64,000 nt of DNA from Eledone cirrhosa. Taxonomy: Eukaryota. The position numbers were made by a program, and so were the translations under genes. Of this stretch, positions 24,401 through 38,171 are shown piece by piece (within the stretch, counting starts at the first letter, position 1; every line of letters starts with the position of its first letter). The DNA is taken from NCBI GenBank assembly GCA_964016885.1, contig OZ024745.1, forward strand, positions 104,470,001-104,534,000, in the 5' to 3' direction. The notes beneath the pieces were generated by a model. The model ran no database searches. It was not told where the DNA came from and worked only from the letters and a program-made list of their open reading frames with translations.

Positions 24401-26156
24401 GGTATTTGCTCTATGTGATCCAGACATGAACAGATTGTCTCCTATTATATTTTACTTCTACTAAGCCAGGCCAGGATTATAGTAGTAATAGTAGTATAAA
24501 GCAGTTTCAGATTAGACACCTTGGCATCTGTCTTTAGTTTTTTTATTTTTTTTATTATAAATCATGCTTACTATATGGAAAGTTTTATGAGTCGCTCATT
24601 ACAGAAGAGAATTCCACATTTAGATCAAATATGCTGATTATTGATAACTGCTTATAGTGAAATTGTTGGCGTTTAGTGTATTTGGTATTTATTACAGATG
24701 TTTTGGAAGCATACAAGTAAAAGGAATATGGTTATATACAATCACATATTCAATAGTTTTTTTTTTCTATGTACAAGTATCTATTTTGCATTGATATACA
24801 TTGTGGGATTTACAATGAACCATAATTTAAAAGTAAATGCACCCTGACTAGCCATGGGCAGGTCCTTAAATTAGAAACACATTTTAATGTAATTAAAATG
24901 GAGAGTATGGAACAAAACCAAGTGTAATTCACCATATTTTAATATATTGAAAATCTATTGATTTAAAAAAAAAAGACTATTTTTTAATGATTAATGACAA
25001 ATCTAAGGAACATTGCAATCTAACTTCTCTATATCCATATGTTTGTCTATAAGAAGACTTCCTTCACTCCTGAATGCATCACCCATCCATTTCGATCTCG
25101 AAAATTTAACAAAAATATTTGCATCCTCTAATTCAACCCCTTTCCTAATGGAAGCATTAGTCATGTGATGTTGCCAAGTAATCCACAGCTTTCTCCTCAA
25201 AGCCTTTCAACTGGTGACTTGTGGTAAGAGAAGAACTAGTAGACTAAGAACATGGCTAAGCACAAAGAGGTTGGTGAAGGAAATTGGAGAGATATGGAAG
25301 AAACGGTTTAAGACATAAGTATGTGACATGAGTTCACAAGCACTCTATGCATCTGGAGGGTGCTAGAGGAATAATGTAATGTAATATCTGTATGAAATTA
25401 TTGGATTCAAGTTTTGTATCTAGATTACTCATTTTCAGAGATCACATATTCATGTTACATTAGTTAAAAACAAATTCTAACATTTTATTAAAAAAAAAAA
25501 TAAAATAAAAGATAAAGTTAGTTAAAGCCCATTAAAATTTTTAGACGAGTCATTAAAAATTGACTAAAATGCAGAATGCTTGAGCAACTAAGTTAGCAAA
25601 CAAGCAGATATACAACATATGAGAAATGTCCTCTTACAAAATTACTTTGTTGAAAAAGCAATTTGAGGCATAAGGACAGAAAATTAATTGAGAAATCAAC
25701 AATAAATATATTTAGAAAAATAATGTAGGGGGAAATAATCTAATGTTTTACTGGTTTCAGTGGACTGTGGTCATTGGGTAAAAAAAATTACTGCATTATT
25801 TAAAATTTTTATATATATTTAGCCTGTTGGGAGATCAATCTATAGCAACAAAAGAAGATTTAAAATGTTCATGATCGGTCACAAATAACAAACTACAAGG
25901 AGTCATGCCATTACTTTATTTAGGTGGGTGGGATTTTGGAATGTTGGGCTTTTAAATGTGATAAATTAGTTTTAATTTGAAGGGAATAACCAGATTAATA
26001 TATAAGAAGATTTAGAAATAATGAAAAATAAATTACGTACACACATTCACTCTGATTGTGTAATTTTTTTAAATCTCATAATTCCAGTCACATACATAAG
26101 AGTGTCTTATAATGCACAGTTAGAGAGTTTGAAAGTAGCAAAAGATTAAAGGAAAA

Positions 26157-26496
26157 TCAGTCGTTGGATTTTTTCCTAGGTGGACGGAAAATAGTGCCAA
26201 CAATAAAAAATACTATGATAGTTATATGTCCAATAAAATATATAGATGACCAGTAACGGACTGTATCGTGCCAAGAAAGTAAAAGGAAGCCCATGCAATT
26301 ATAATCAAATCCCCGCATTCGAAAAAACCAGCACACACCATCAAATAATTTTTGTTTTATCGTAGGTTGTTCATCTCTAAATGCTGCTATCATAACTCGT
26401 TCAGCCATCAGTATTGGAGGAACTGTGAGGAAGCTCATGTAGTATCCTGGGTCGACGCCATGCCAGTAAGCACTAACAGCCATTGTCAGAAATACT
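26157..26496 (-). CDS. MBOAT7: MBOAT7-like last coding exon with catalytic His (SAYWHG) and TGA stop
   Basis: tttcAG|A GTA TTT CTG ACA ATG GCT; AVSAYWHGVDPGYYMSFLTVPP...FDYNCMGFLLLSWHDTVRYWSSIYF; stop at 26157-26159. Confidence 0.96.
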
Positions 26497-26995
26497 CTGA
26501 AATGGAGAAAAAAAAAAAAAAAAAATGAATGAAGAGTTGTAGTTATTTATGCTTTTTGTAATTATCACTAGTTGTTTTTTTTATGAACAGAATAAGTATT
26601 TCTTCACCAAATATTGACAAAACTATGTATGTATTTATGTATGTATGTATGTGTGTGTGTATGCATGTATGATCGGTGTCTCCATTGAATTAGTATGCCC
26701 TGAGTGTGGAAAGGTGTGCTTGAGTAAATCTGGTCTCAAGAGCCACAGTCATGTTCAGAGAGAACTATGAACTATGATCTCCATGGTATTGCAAGATGTA
26801 ATGAATGCAGCAAAGAATGTCGATCTGTAGCAGGACTGAAGTGGCAACCTGATGCCAAGGAGATATATAGTTGTTGTCAATGTGCCATGGAGTGCAAGTC
26901 TCTAACAGGCCTGAAAAGCCATATCCAAGTGTCACTCATGTGAATTTGACAAGCAATTGCAATACTTTTAGTGTGAGTTTGCAGCCATCATGTAT

Positions 26996-27048
<53 letters not shown>

Positions 27049-27140
27049 CAGATAGACATATAACATTGTTGGCAGAAAACACAGATTTCTGACATTTGTG
27101 ATCCCTAATTCTTGTTTTATTTTTAATTGATCCATGAATT

Positions 27141-28235
27141 AGTGGGATCACAGGTAAGCTAACTAAGAATATAGATTTTATATGTGGCCGGTGCTCTGGT
27201 GCAATAAGTAGCAGCAAGTGCCCATAGAATACTAGCTCATTCCATTGCACAGATGGTACTATAGAAATAGTGGACACCTTCCGTTACCTGGGTGACAAAA
27301 TCAGCAGTGGGGGAGGGTGTTCTGAAAGTACAGTAGCTAGAGTCAGAACGGGATGGAAAAAGTTCAGAGAGCTTATACCACTATTGGCCGCTAAAGGGTT
27401 CTCTCTAAATATGAAAGGCAGGCTGTATGATGCCTGCATACGAACAGCGATGTTACATGGCAGTGAGACCTGGGCATTGTGTGCAGAGGATATACGCAGA
27501 CTGGAGAGAAACGAAGCTTGCATGCTCCGCTGGATGTGTAATAGTAATATACGTGAACGGCAAAGCATAAACGAACTAAGGGAGAAATTAGGAATAAGAG
27601 GGATCAGATGTTGTTTACTCGAGAGAAGACTACGTTGGTATGGTTACGTGATGCGCATGAAAGACGACAGCTGTATAAAAAAGTGCAGGGCGATAAAAAT
27701 AGACGGTAGCCACGGAGTAGGCAGAGCCAGAAAAACCTGGGATGACTTGATAAATTCCGACCTCACACACTTACACCTCTCCAAGACAATGTCACTGGAC
27801 CAAGATCTTTGGCGCTACAGTCATACAGAAGACACGCCTTGCCTAAGTACAAAGCGAAACCTAGTCAGTAGGCACCTCTAACAAAATACACCCTCCCCAT
27901 CCCACTACTCCCACCCCATCCACACCACCCCCTTAAATGTGAAGTTATGTTGGTACCACAACATCCAGTTCGAAACAAATGAGGTCGTGTAGGTGTCACG
28001 ACAAAAAAACACACAGTCCACGCTGTAATGTGGCCGTGTAGGTAACACGGTAAAAACCTCCCAGTCCACACTGTAAACGTGGTTGGTGTTAGGAAGGGCA
28101 TCCAGCCGTAGAAAACCCGCCAGACAGTCCTATACGAGCAGGACAACAAATCTTGCCTCAAGTGGGAAAACTCCCGTCCAAACCCATGCAAGCGTGGAAG
28201 ATGGACGTTAAACGATGATGATGATGATGATGATG
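27141..28235 (+). mobile_element. 5'-truncated copy of the same RTE family in the last MBOAT7 intron (antisense to gene)
   Basis: Closely matches 18517-19731. (GAT)n tail. Candidate TSD ATGAATT at 27134-27140 and 28233-28239. Confidence 0.93.
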
Positions 28236-29309
28236 AATTCTAAATACAAATTTCAGACTGTTTTTGACAGATTGTAGCATATGTGTGTGACAGATAGACA
28301 AACAAAACATCATTGGCTGTCTTTGAGTCGCAAGTTTTACAGCAGAGTTTTCTCAGAGTTTTCCTTCTAGAATGATATCCAAACAAGAACTAGGGGCCTC
28401 TCTCCCTCTGCCCCCCCCCCCCCACACACACATACACACTTTCTAGGAGGTTGTTATATTTCTCACATAAATGAAAACATTTTTCAACCCATTGTTTGAG
28501 AAGTTTAGTATGGCTGGTTGCCCTTCCTATCGCTAACCATTGTGTAATAGGTCTATTTTATCATGGCCCCAGCACTAAGGAGTTAGCTGATAATTGACTT
28601 GACTGAAGAGTCCTCCCTACCCTATAAGGAAGAAGTGGCATAGAAAGAATGTTATGGGTGTGGTTGAGGGAGGTTGTGATCTAGGATAGTGAGGGGTATA
28701 GTGATGATGTAAGCATCTATGAAGGAATTAAGACTGGTGCCTTAGAATATAAATGGGGTGCAGGTGGTTCATGGTAGGGTTTGGGAAGAACAGTGAGGGT
28801 GAGGATAGTTACAATGGATGTGGGGAGGAATGTGGATGTGTTGGGCCCAAACCAACACAGTCTTCTCTCTTGCACACTACACAGGATTTCTCTTATGATT
28901 ACTTTTTCTCTCAGTTCACTTATACAGCCATGTTCAAAAACAATAACATCACATATCCAACAGATCATATTAGCCTCATTTTGTTCTAACCCTTGCTGAT
29001 CTTCTGCAATCAAATAGCACCTAGTCCACCCTGTAAGGTTGTTGTGCTGGTGCCATGATAAAAAGTACCCAGTCTACTCTGTAAGGTTGTCATGGTGGTA
29101 CCACAATAAATAGCACCCATTCCATGCTATAAGGTTGTTGTACAGATGGCATAACAAAAAGAACCCTGTCCATCTTGTAAGGTTGTCACCATTAGGAAGA
29201 GTAGCCATGCCAAAAAACCTATCGTATGAGGAAGATGCAATCACTTCACTTGTCTGACCCCAAAAATAGACATCAAACAGTGATGATGATGATGATGTTG
29301 ATAACTTAC

Positions 29310-29483
29310 CTAAAAGATTTCATTGGCACTCTACGGTAGACTATATTGGCCAGCCAATACTGCACTGATTTATTCCAGCTGCGCAATGCTTCTTTGGTGG
29401 TAGGTGCCATCTCACAACCCCAGATATACAGGTTGTTTACAGCTTCAAAGTTATAACTAGCTGTTTTTTTGGGGAATGATTTC
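29310..29483 (-). CDS. MBOAT7: MBOAT7-like exon (174 nt) with conserved WN motif
   Basis: ttttAG|G AAA TCA...TTT AG|GTaagt; YNFEAVNNLYIWGCEMAPTTKEALRSWNKSVQYWLANIVYRR. Confidence 0.95.
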
Positions 29484-30308
29484 CTAAAATATAATTAAAA
29501 TATATATATATATCTTTTTAAAATATGTAATGTAATGATTTTATTATGAGTATTAAAAAGAAATCAACACATGCAAGGCAGGATAACAATGAATAAACAT
29601 TAATATAACTTATACTAACATAGAAAAGTAACAGTCAATTGAAGATTATTTTTAAGGCGGTGGATTGGCAGTATCGCTAGAGCGTCAGACACCATGTTTT
29701 ATGTTCTGAGTTCAAATCTCACCGAGGTTTAGCTTTGCCTTTCATCCTTACGGGGTCGATAAAATAAAGCACCAGTAATACACTGGAGTAATTGCTGTCT
29801 TTGTGCCAAAAGTAGAAACAATTATTAGAGTTGAATAATCTGAATTGATGAAACATATAACACCAATGCAGTTAACTCAGTACCCACCAAAAAAGTAGTC
29901 CATGTAAACTCTGATTACAGGATTTCTTGGTTTTGCCAATTTTTGAGGCATTTTATTATTCAGGCCAGCAGTTTAGATGTAAGCATTTCATCTTCAATTG
30001 TGGTGTACGTATTCTACGTTAAGATTAGACTTGAAAAATATGATTATAATTTGAAGGACAGTGCATGTATTGACAAAGACATTAATACTGTAGGGATGAT
30101 GTACAAGTTTTTCTGATGTACATAAATTGATAATGATGATGGTAATGAGGACGATGAGAGGGACTTTAAGTGATATAATAGTATTTAATTAAACTTATTT
30201 CTTTTAACAAGGAATCCCCAGAGAATTGAAGACAATAAAATGGAGACTTTAGTTCAGATAAACTCTTTTATCAATTAAATAGCTAAAATAAAATAGTGTT
30301 ATACTTAC

Positions 30309-30517
30309 ACTTTATGGAGTGCTTTAAGATCAGAAGGTCCCTGACCACATTTTGGTAAAGAGCTGGCAGGATATGCTCCATATGCTCCCATCATGCAAGA
30401 ACACTCTGCTAGAATCCAGGCAATGTAAAGACGCCAGCGGAAGACACAAAATATTGGCATCATATAGAAAAGTCGGAACCATAATGGTTTCTCATAGAAA
30501 TCATCAGTTTTTACATA
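30309..30517 (-). CDS. MBOAT7: MBOAT7-like exon (209 nt)
   Basis: ttttcAG|TAT GTA...AAA GT|GTaagt; YVKTDDFYEKPLWFRLFYMMPIFCVFRWRLYIAWILAECSCMMGAYGAYPASSLPKCGQGP. Confidence 0.95.
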
Positions 30518-31283
30518 CTGAAAAAAAAAAAAAACGGAAAATAAAATACAAAACCAATTTTACAAAGTTACATAAGAAAACTTAAAGAATTTAATAATTC
30601 TTTTCTGAAATGTAATTTTTAAAATCTATATCATAATAAGAGCTGGCTCTATTTGTCTGAATGTCACACAAATATTGACAATATATATAAATTGCTCTCT
30701 GTCAAAAGTGAGGATTATATCTGCACACTTTATTATATGTTTCTCTCACTATATATTATGCAAATTATTCTTCACCAAAAAAAATATACCTAGATACCTA
30801 ACTTTTTTTTCTAGATGTAAAAGTGTAATTATTGATCTGCAAGATCAAATAAATTGTTCCTTGCCTGTAAATCAACTTGAGGAATTTAGTGAAATTTATA
30901 TTCCCAACTCGTGGAAATTTCATTGATGATTTATTAAAAAGTCCTGACTTTCTCACATGGCTACTGAGATAGATGTGACATGATCACAGCTTAAATCATT
31001 CTTATATATGTTTATTGTATATAAACAGATTGTATATGCTGTATGCCTTCATATACATCTTTATTATGAACACACACACATATATTTATATATACGAGGT
31101 TATATGTACGAAGGTTCATAGGCTAACTATGAAGGATTAATGCTAGAGCTGTGAAATGTATTGCTTTCAACTCTTATTATTAATAACTGCATTGTTTCTT
31201 TCCAGGGACTATGTTAACAAAATAAACCTTGTTTGGTTAATCCAAGAGAGTATTTTGGTCAGCTTATGAACTTTTTAGTCGAC

Positions 31284-31371
31284 CCACAGGGTGTCCCCCA
31301 AAAATGTATACATTTTTTTGACCCACAGGGGTGTCCCCCAAAAATGTATACACTTTTTGTGACACAGGGTG

Positions 31372-31413
<42 letters not shown>

Positions 31414-31422
31414 GGTGTCATA
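31284..31422 (+). mobile_element. Reiterated Tc1/mariner-type terminal sequence
   Basis: CAGGGTGTC(CCCCAAAAATGTATACA) occurs four times in direct orientation around a (TA)n tract. Confidence 0.5.
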
Positions 31423-33229
31423 TATATATATATATATTTCTTTTTTTGTTTTTTCCTACTGATGTGTTTATGCTTCCAAACATTCAAACATTGAGTTCTA
31501 TAATAATAAGAAGAAAGATATAGTCAAGTAATCTAAATTTGCTTAGGAATGGCCATGCAATGCAAATTCAAGCTTCTGAAGATTATTGCCAATAGTTAGG
31601 TAATGCATCGAAGTAGAAAATCTGAAATAATGTATACCAAAAGCAAAATACATGCATAATTGGAAAATAGCAAAATGTGAATAAATAAAATGCTGTACAA
31701 AAGATAAGCCAGTGTATATGTTGACCTCATGATTTCCAGCTGTTCCACACTTATAAACATTTCAAGTAGACAAACTTTAAAGATAAATCATGTTCCTAAA
31801 ATTGTTCCATAAGCCTGTGATTGAGAGAGAGAGAGTGTGTGTGTGTATGTGTCTGTGTGTGTTTTTATTTTCACACACTCACCTATTGATTTCTATTTAT
31901 AGAGAAATGAATAACAATTTTAAATGTTTAATACTTTTCAAAATGAATTACAGCATAACAAAATATATACAAAAAAAGCTGAAAATGTAACCATCTCACC
32001 TCTGCACATACCCATGCACAAATATGAAATTGCAGTAAAATACCAATTCCAATAAGGGTTTGAAACAGATAATTTGTATAAATGCCTCGTGATGACAAAA
32101 AAAAGGAAGGAAAAAAACAACATATCTTCTATTCTAAATGAAATGGTTGCAGCTATCAAATGAACTACTTTGGGTTGGCTCCAGCTGAACTTTCTCCACA
32201 CACAGTTTCATCTAACATTCTTAACTTCATTTAATTCTTCTAGCTAAATTCTTTAAGCTAAATTTCTAAGCTCACTCACTGCCGCCCACCAAAATACTGA
32301 AGAAATAAAAAAAGCAAAAGCTAAAATGTTTAAATTCACTCAGATGTAATAAGATAGGAATGTGGACATTATAGTAATCCTGATGTACCATAATTTATCC
32401 GCAATTTAGCAGACAAAGAGTTGCTGCACTAAAAAAAAAAAAAAATGTTTTAATATATTGATAGTGGGATTTGACAGAATTGGTAGAACATCAGACAAAA
32501 TGTAACATTTTGAGTTAAAATCCAGCCAGGTTTCATCATCATCATTGTTTAACTTCTACTTTCCATGCTAACATGGATTAGACCGGTTTGTCCCATTAGA
32601 GGCAAGTTGGTTTGGGTGACTGTGTCTTGCTCATATAGGACTGTTTCTGGCTAGGTTTCTATGGCTGGATGCCCTTCCTAACGCCAACTACATTTACAGT
32701 GTGTGCTGTCGTGTCTCTTACATAACTACTTTACAGTGAGAGCTGCGTGTTTTTTGTTGTGGCACCTACATGACCACTCTATAGTGTGGGCTGAATGTTT
32801 TTGTGATACCAAATTTTCTGAAGGGTGGGAATGTGGCGTCTATAAAATAAGTTGGGGTTGACATCATCTCTCTTACTATTTTACCTATTCCAACTGACAG
32901 GCCGATGCCATACTGGGGCACTGCCAATCAACTGCATTCTTGATATTAGATAGCAGTGGTTTAGCAGAATCAGTTGAGTAGTAGACAAAATGCCACAAGT
33001 TATTCTAGTTACATCTCTTTATGCTCTGAGTTCAACTTCCATCAGAGGTAATTTTCCTTACCTTTCTGGAGTTGATAAGTAAGTGACAATCGATAGTAAT
33101 AGCAGTAATCATTGCTTAACATTTTATGAGTACATTAGAATCGATGTTATAGATATGAGAGAGAGATGTGTGTATGTGATGGGTCTGCTTGTTGTTTAAC
33201 CCCAGTTTAATTCTAATCAAGGTGCTAGG

Positions 33230-33820
33230 TTTGAACAAGTTAAGAAGTTCAAATACCTTGGTTAGTACTAGAGCAGACGGCAGAGGGAAGTTGGGAAATA
33301 AGGGCAATACTAGCAAGAACAGTCTTGAACACACTTAGCAGCCTTTGGAAGGATAGAATTCTTACAAAGTCCACCATAAAGAAAGTAATCAAAACATTAG
33401 TGTGGCCGGTAGCTCTATATAGTTGAGAGTCATGGACTTTAAAGGCATCTGACTTGAAACAATGGAGGGCATTTGAAATGTCATGCTATAGGCGTGTACT
33501 TAGAATTAGCTGGACAGCTCAAAGAACAAATGAATCTGTCTTGGAAGAGATTGCTGCCAATCGACAGTTGGTTGAAGCAGTAAGGAAAAGGAAACTTCAG
33601 TATTTAGGTCATGTCATCAGGACTAAAAATTTGACTACCCAAACCCTTGAGGGACGAATATAGGGGAAAAGGGCCAGGGGATGGCAGATGGACAGATGAT
33701 ATTAAGGAATGGAGAGGAAGTAGTTTGATGGAATGTATGGTAATGGCAAGAGACAGGAAAAGATAGAGAGTGCTGGCCCTTGACCTTCAGATATAAGGAT
33801 GGGATGAGAAGGAAAGAAGA
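33230..33820 (+). mobile_element. Degenerate RTE-type LINE 3' fragment (different family)
   Basis: LEQVKKFKYL; AFEMSCYRRVLRISWT...KRKLQYLGHVIR...LEGRI; GAA-rich tail. Confidence 0.75.
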
Positions 33821-35774
33821 AGGAATTCTAATCAAGCATGTGTTCCAACCATGATCATCCCATCTTATTCTTAGACAATTGATCATTATACAGTGTGTCT
33901 TTTCTTTTTCTAAATTGTTAGGTGTAGTTTCATGGAAATTGCTATCTTATTTACCAAGAAATGGACTTGGTAAATAAGATAGCAAAGCACTGTGCAATTT
34001 CTAAAAACAGATAACTTCAAGTGACATCCTCCATACACATCACATGTTCATACCAGTGCTGTCTCCTCTGTGCATTCTACATCTGATTTCTCTTATATCC
34101 AGCTTTTCTCCCAAATCATTTGTTTTCCATCACACACTCACACCACTATAGAAATATTTGTATGTGTACTTCAGTTTATCCATAAATCAAATTTATGCTC
34201 TGCAATTATGATGGAAATAAATCTGCTAAGCTAGTACAATTATAGATGATTATATTTGCTAACATCAATCAGTGTTAATTTAGGACAAATCTCAAATGGA
34301 AACTAAAGATTAGATAATCCTAAGAAGATTATTATTATTATTATGGAGATTAATCTCTCATACTCACTTCAGTACAAAGTGATGCTTATACAAGCAAGCA
34401 AAGTAATATCAAAGTTACATAAAAGTGACCTTCAGAGATTCTAATTCATTTTGCATCTAAACTGAAACCATTTAACATTTTCTATTGAAAGCAACAAAAT
34501 AATTGAAATCTGAGGAATTGCTGCATACTTCTTACATATGAACTTCATCATTCTGGAGTCGATAAAATAAAGTGCTGGGATCAATTTAATACACTGTTAC
34601 TGTTGAGAATCTGGAATAAATCTTTGTGCTGCTATGCCTCAACAAAGGATTGAGGAATAAACACCAATAATCATGGTATTCCTATTATGTTTGAAAGGCT
34701 TAATGATAGGACAATGCCACTCAAATCCACCCCATCTCTGTATATATATATATGTGTGTGTGTGTGGTGGGGTGCATCTAGAAGCATGCCCAACACAGTC
34801 AACAAAAGAAGACATTATGTTAGATTAGATATTTGTTCATTATAACAATAAATCTAGATTCATTAATTTTGGATTGTTGGGCAACAGTTTCTATTTTGCT
34901 AAGAGACACAAGGAAAATCTACAGAGTTAAACATATTTAGCAAAGAACTGTAACTGAGGATCAAGCTAAGCCTTCATTTCATTCAACTAACTTAGTGTTA
35001 GTATATTTAATGTAGGGAGTATTAGAAAGCTAAATACAAATACTTGTGCAGAGTGGAAAAAACAAAAACAAAATTATCAAGCAAGAACAAATGTTATATT
35101 AATTATTTGGGCAAATAGAGGAGACAGTTCCAGATATATTTTGGTCCTTGAGCACCAATGGAACATAGACTTCACCATTCTAGCCAAACATTCCTAAAAA
35201 TATAGTCACATATAAAAATTGCCTCCTGTGTTTTGTTTGTTTCATTTATCAACTATATATCAACTATATATATATAACCCACGCTAGCGTGGAAGATGGA
35301 CGTTAAACGATGATGGTGATGATGATGATATATATATAATAAAATAATAAAAAAAAATACAAAGGGTAGATTTCCATAATTTATTTTATTGCATAATTTG
35401 CTCTAATACATATTTCTGAGGTGTTATTTTTAATTACATAATACTGCCACCATGCAATTACTGACAACTTCTTCTGACAAAACCTTAGGTAATATATTTT
35501 TTAAAACCTAGTGGTATGGAGATGAACTTATTTTCAATGTTGCTCTTACAAAAGCCCATCTTCATAAAGAGCAACATAAAAAATAAGTCTGCCCGACACC
35601 AACAGGTTGTATTACATAATAAATGTAATATCTAAGATGTTGTCTGAAGCAGTTGTTTCAGTAATTGTGTGATGACAGCATTACATCACAAAAGTACATA
35701 TTACAGTAAATTACATAAAATTAATTATGAAAATCTACACATATTTTTTATTATTTTTGTACGTGTATATACAC

Positions 35775-35818
<44 letters not shown>

Positions 35819-36856
35819 TATATGTGTATATATGTGTGTGTGTGTGTGTGTGTGTTATGTTGGGTCCACAAAACTTCCAGTCCCCACTGTAAAGTGGACC
35901 AGTAGGTGTCACGAGAAAAAGCACCCAGCACACACTGTAAATGTGGTTGACGTTAGGAAGGGCATCTAGCCATAGAAAACCAGCCAGAAACAGTCCTATA
36001 TGAGTGAGACACGGTCACCCGACCCAACTTGCCTCTAAATGGGACAAACCCGTCTAACCCATGCTAGTGTGAAAGATAGACGTTAAAAGATGATGACGAT
36101 ACTCTGTCATGTACTGGTACATCAGAATTGGAAAGAGTGATATGGCTTTGAGTGCTTTATCCTAATTACACTGATCCTAATTACACCATTGTTTCTTGAT
36201 TGGAGTGATACAAACGTAGCCCCAAATAATCAACATTTTATAAGACACACAAAAAAAAATATCTATCTAACTATATATATATTATTAAAGTAACAATAAA
36301 TAATTAAGTTACAACAAACAAGTAAAAACTACAAAGCACAAATGTGTTTTACTATACAATAAAGTTTTCATGTTTGCGACAATGTATTCTATTTGATAGC
36401 AGGCAATATAGATGCTTGGATTCAGAAGACACTTCTGTGATTAATAAAATAAACCCCATTCTGTTTATACATGTTCACACCATTAAGCTACCATCAGGTT
36501 GTATGCCTGATATTTTCAGTCTTTATACTAACACATATACTTTCTCCATCAAATTTACAATCCACTCAAAATTATTGATGGTACTAGACTTTTTGTCTTA
36601 TTATATTATCAATACACAACCTTTTTCTAAATTATTCTATGACTAACTACTATCACAGTCTTTTTTCTTTTCTTCCTCTACCCCGCAGAAACACAATATC
36701 TCAAAAACTTCCTTCTTCTCCAAAATTAAGATTGTACACACATGCACACCTAAACACACAAACATGCATGTTCATACATATTTATATACATAAACATATA
36801 CACACACACACATATATATATCACATCATATACAGGTATATATATATATATATATA

Positions 36857-37741
36857 CGAGGTGTGTCAGAAAAGTTCCAGGACTGATGTCACAAAAGATT
36901 TATTTCAAACCCAAACTTCACACTAAGAGTTTTCTCCTTCAAAGTAATCCCCCTGGAGTATGTAACTGTAATCTTAGCTCTCTGCATCGATCAAACTTTT
37001 TTCTTCATAATTTTATATACATGTCCTCTGTTTCAGGTCGTCAAGCAATGAGCACAGAGCAACGAACAAACTTGAAGTTTCTGGTACGGTTGGGGAAAAC
37101 TCCGTCAGAGATGAGACGATGTCACGCTCACATGTTTTTGAGTGGTTCAAGGTTTAAAGAAGGACGTGAGGACGTGGAAGATGACCCCCAGGAGCGGAAG
37201 GCCCTCAACAACCAAGACTGAGGTCAACGTTGAGCATGTCAGGCAGATGGTGCGTAGCGATTGTCGACTGACTGTTCGACTGATGGCAAATGAGCTGGGC
37301 TTGAATTAGGACAGCGTCTGGAAGATTCTCACTGAAGATTTGGACATGCGGAAAGTCTGCGCGAAGATGGTGCCAAAACTGCTGAACGATGACTAGAAGG
37401 GTCGACACATGCAAGTGTGCCACGACATCTTCGAGCATCTTGAAACCGAACCAGACTTGCTAGGGACAGTCATCACCGGTGATGAGTCATGGATCTTTGA
37501 GTGCGACCCAGAGGGGACCCGTTTTGAAGACGTGGATGACATCAAAAAGGCCGTGACGACGGAACTGTGGAGGATCCCGGAAGAATCCTTCCAGGAGTGC
37601 ATGCAAGTGTGGCAGAAAAGGATGGAAAAGTGCATTAGACTCCAAGGGGTTTACTTTGAAGGAGAAAACTCTTAGTGTGAAGTTTGGGTTTGAAATAAAT
37701 CTTTTGTGACATCAGTCCTGGATCTTTTCTGACACACCTCG
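36857..37741 (+). mobile_element. Internally deleted mariner transposon with 103-bp inverted ends
   Basis: TA-flanked; inverted repeats 36857-36959 / 37639-37741. Transposase remnants EQRTNLKF, DDPRSGRP-like, KMVPKLL, VITGDESWIF, GVYFEG. The central DDD region is deleted near 37512. Confidence 0.93.
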
Positions 37742-37759
37742 TATATATATATATATATA

Positions 37760-38134
37760 ACCACATGGCTTAGTGGTTAGAGCATTGGGCTTGCATTCGA
37801 AAGGTTGTGAGTTCAATTCTCAGACCAGGTGATGTGTTGTTTCCTTGAGCAAGACACTTTATTTCACATTGCTCTAGTTTACTCAGCTGTAGAGATGATA
37901 GGACTGGGGTCCCTATCATTCCACTGCAAAGTGGTCATGGAGGTGCCACAGCAAAAGAGCACCCAGCCCACACTGTAAAGTGGACGTGTAGGCGCCACGG
38001 AAAAAAAGCACCCAGCACTCACTGTAAATGAGGTTGGTGTTAGGAAGGGTATCCAGCTGTAGAAATCAAGCCAGAATCAGTTCCTGTCCCACCCTTGCAA
38101 GCAGGGAAAAGCAGACGTAAAATGATGATGATGA

Positions 38135-38137
<3 letters not shown>
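37760..38137 (+). mobile_element. tRNA-derived SINE family B with RTE-type 3' tail
   Basis: TGGCTTAGTGGTTAG / GAGTTCAATTCTC pol III boxes, CCTTGAGCAAGACAC core, 48-bp modules, GGTTGGTGTTAGGAAGGG...(GAT)n tail shared with the RTE LINE. Reverse copies at 22845-23175 and 46850-47075. Confidence 0.85.
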
Positions 38138-38171
<34 letters not shown>

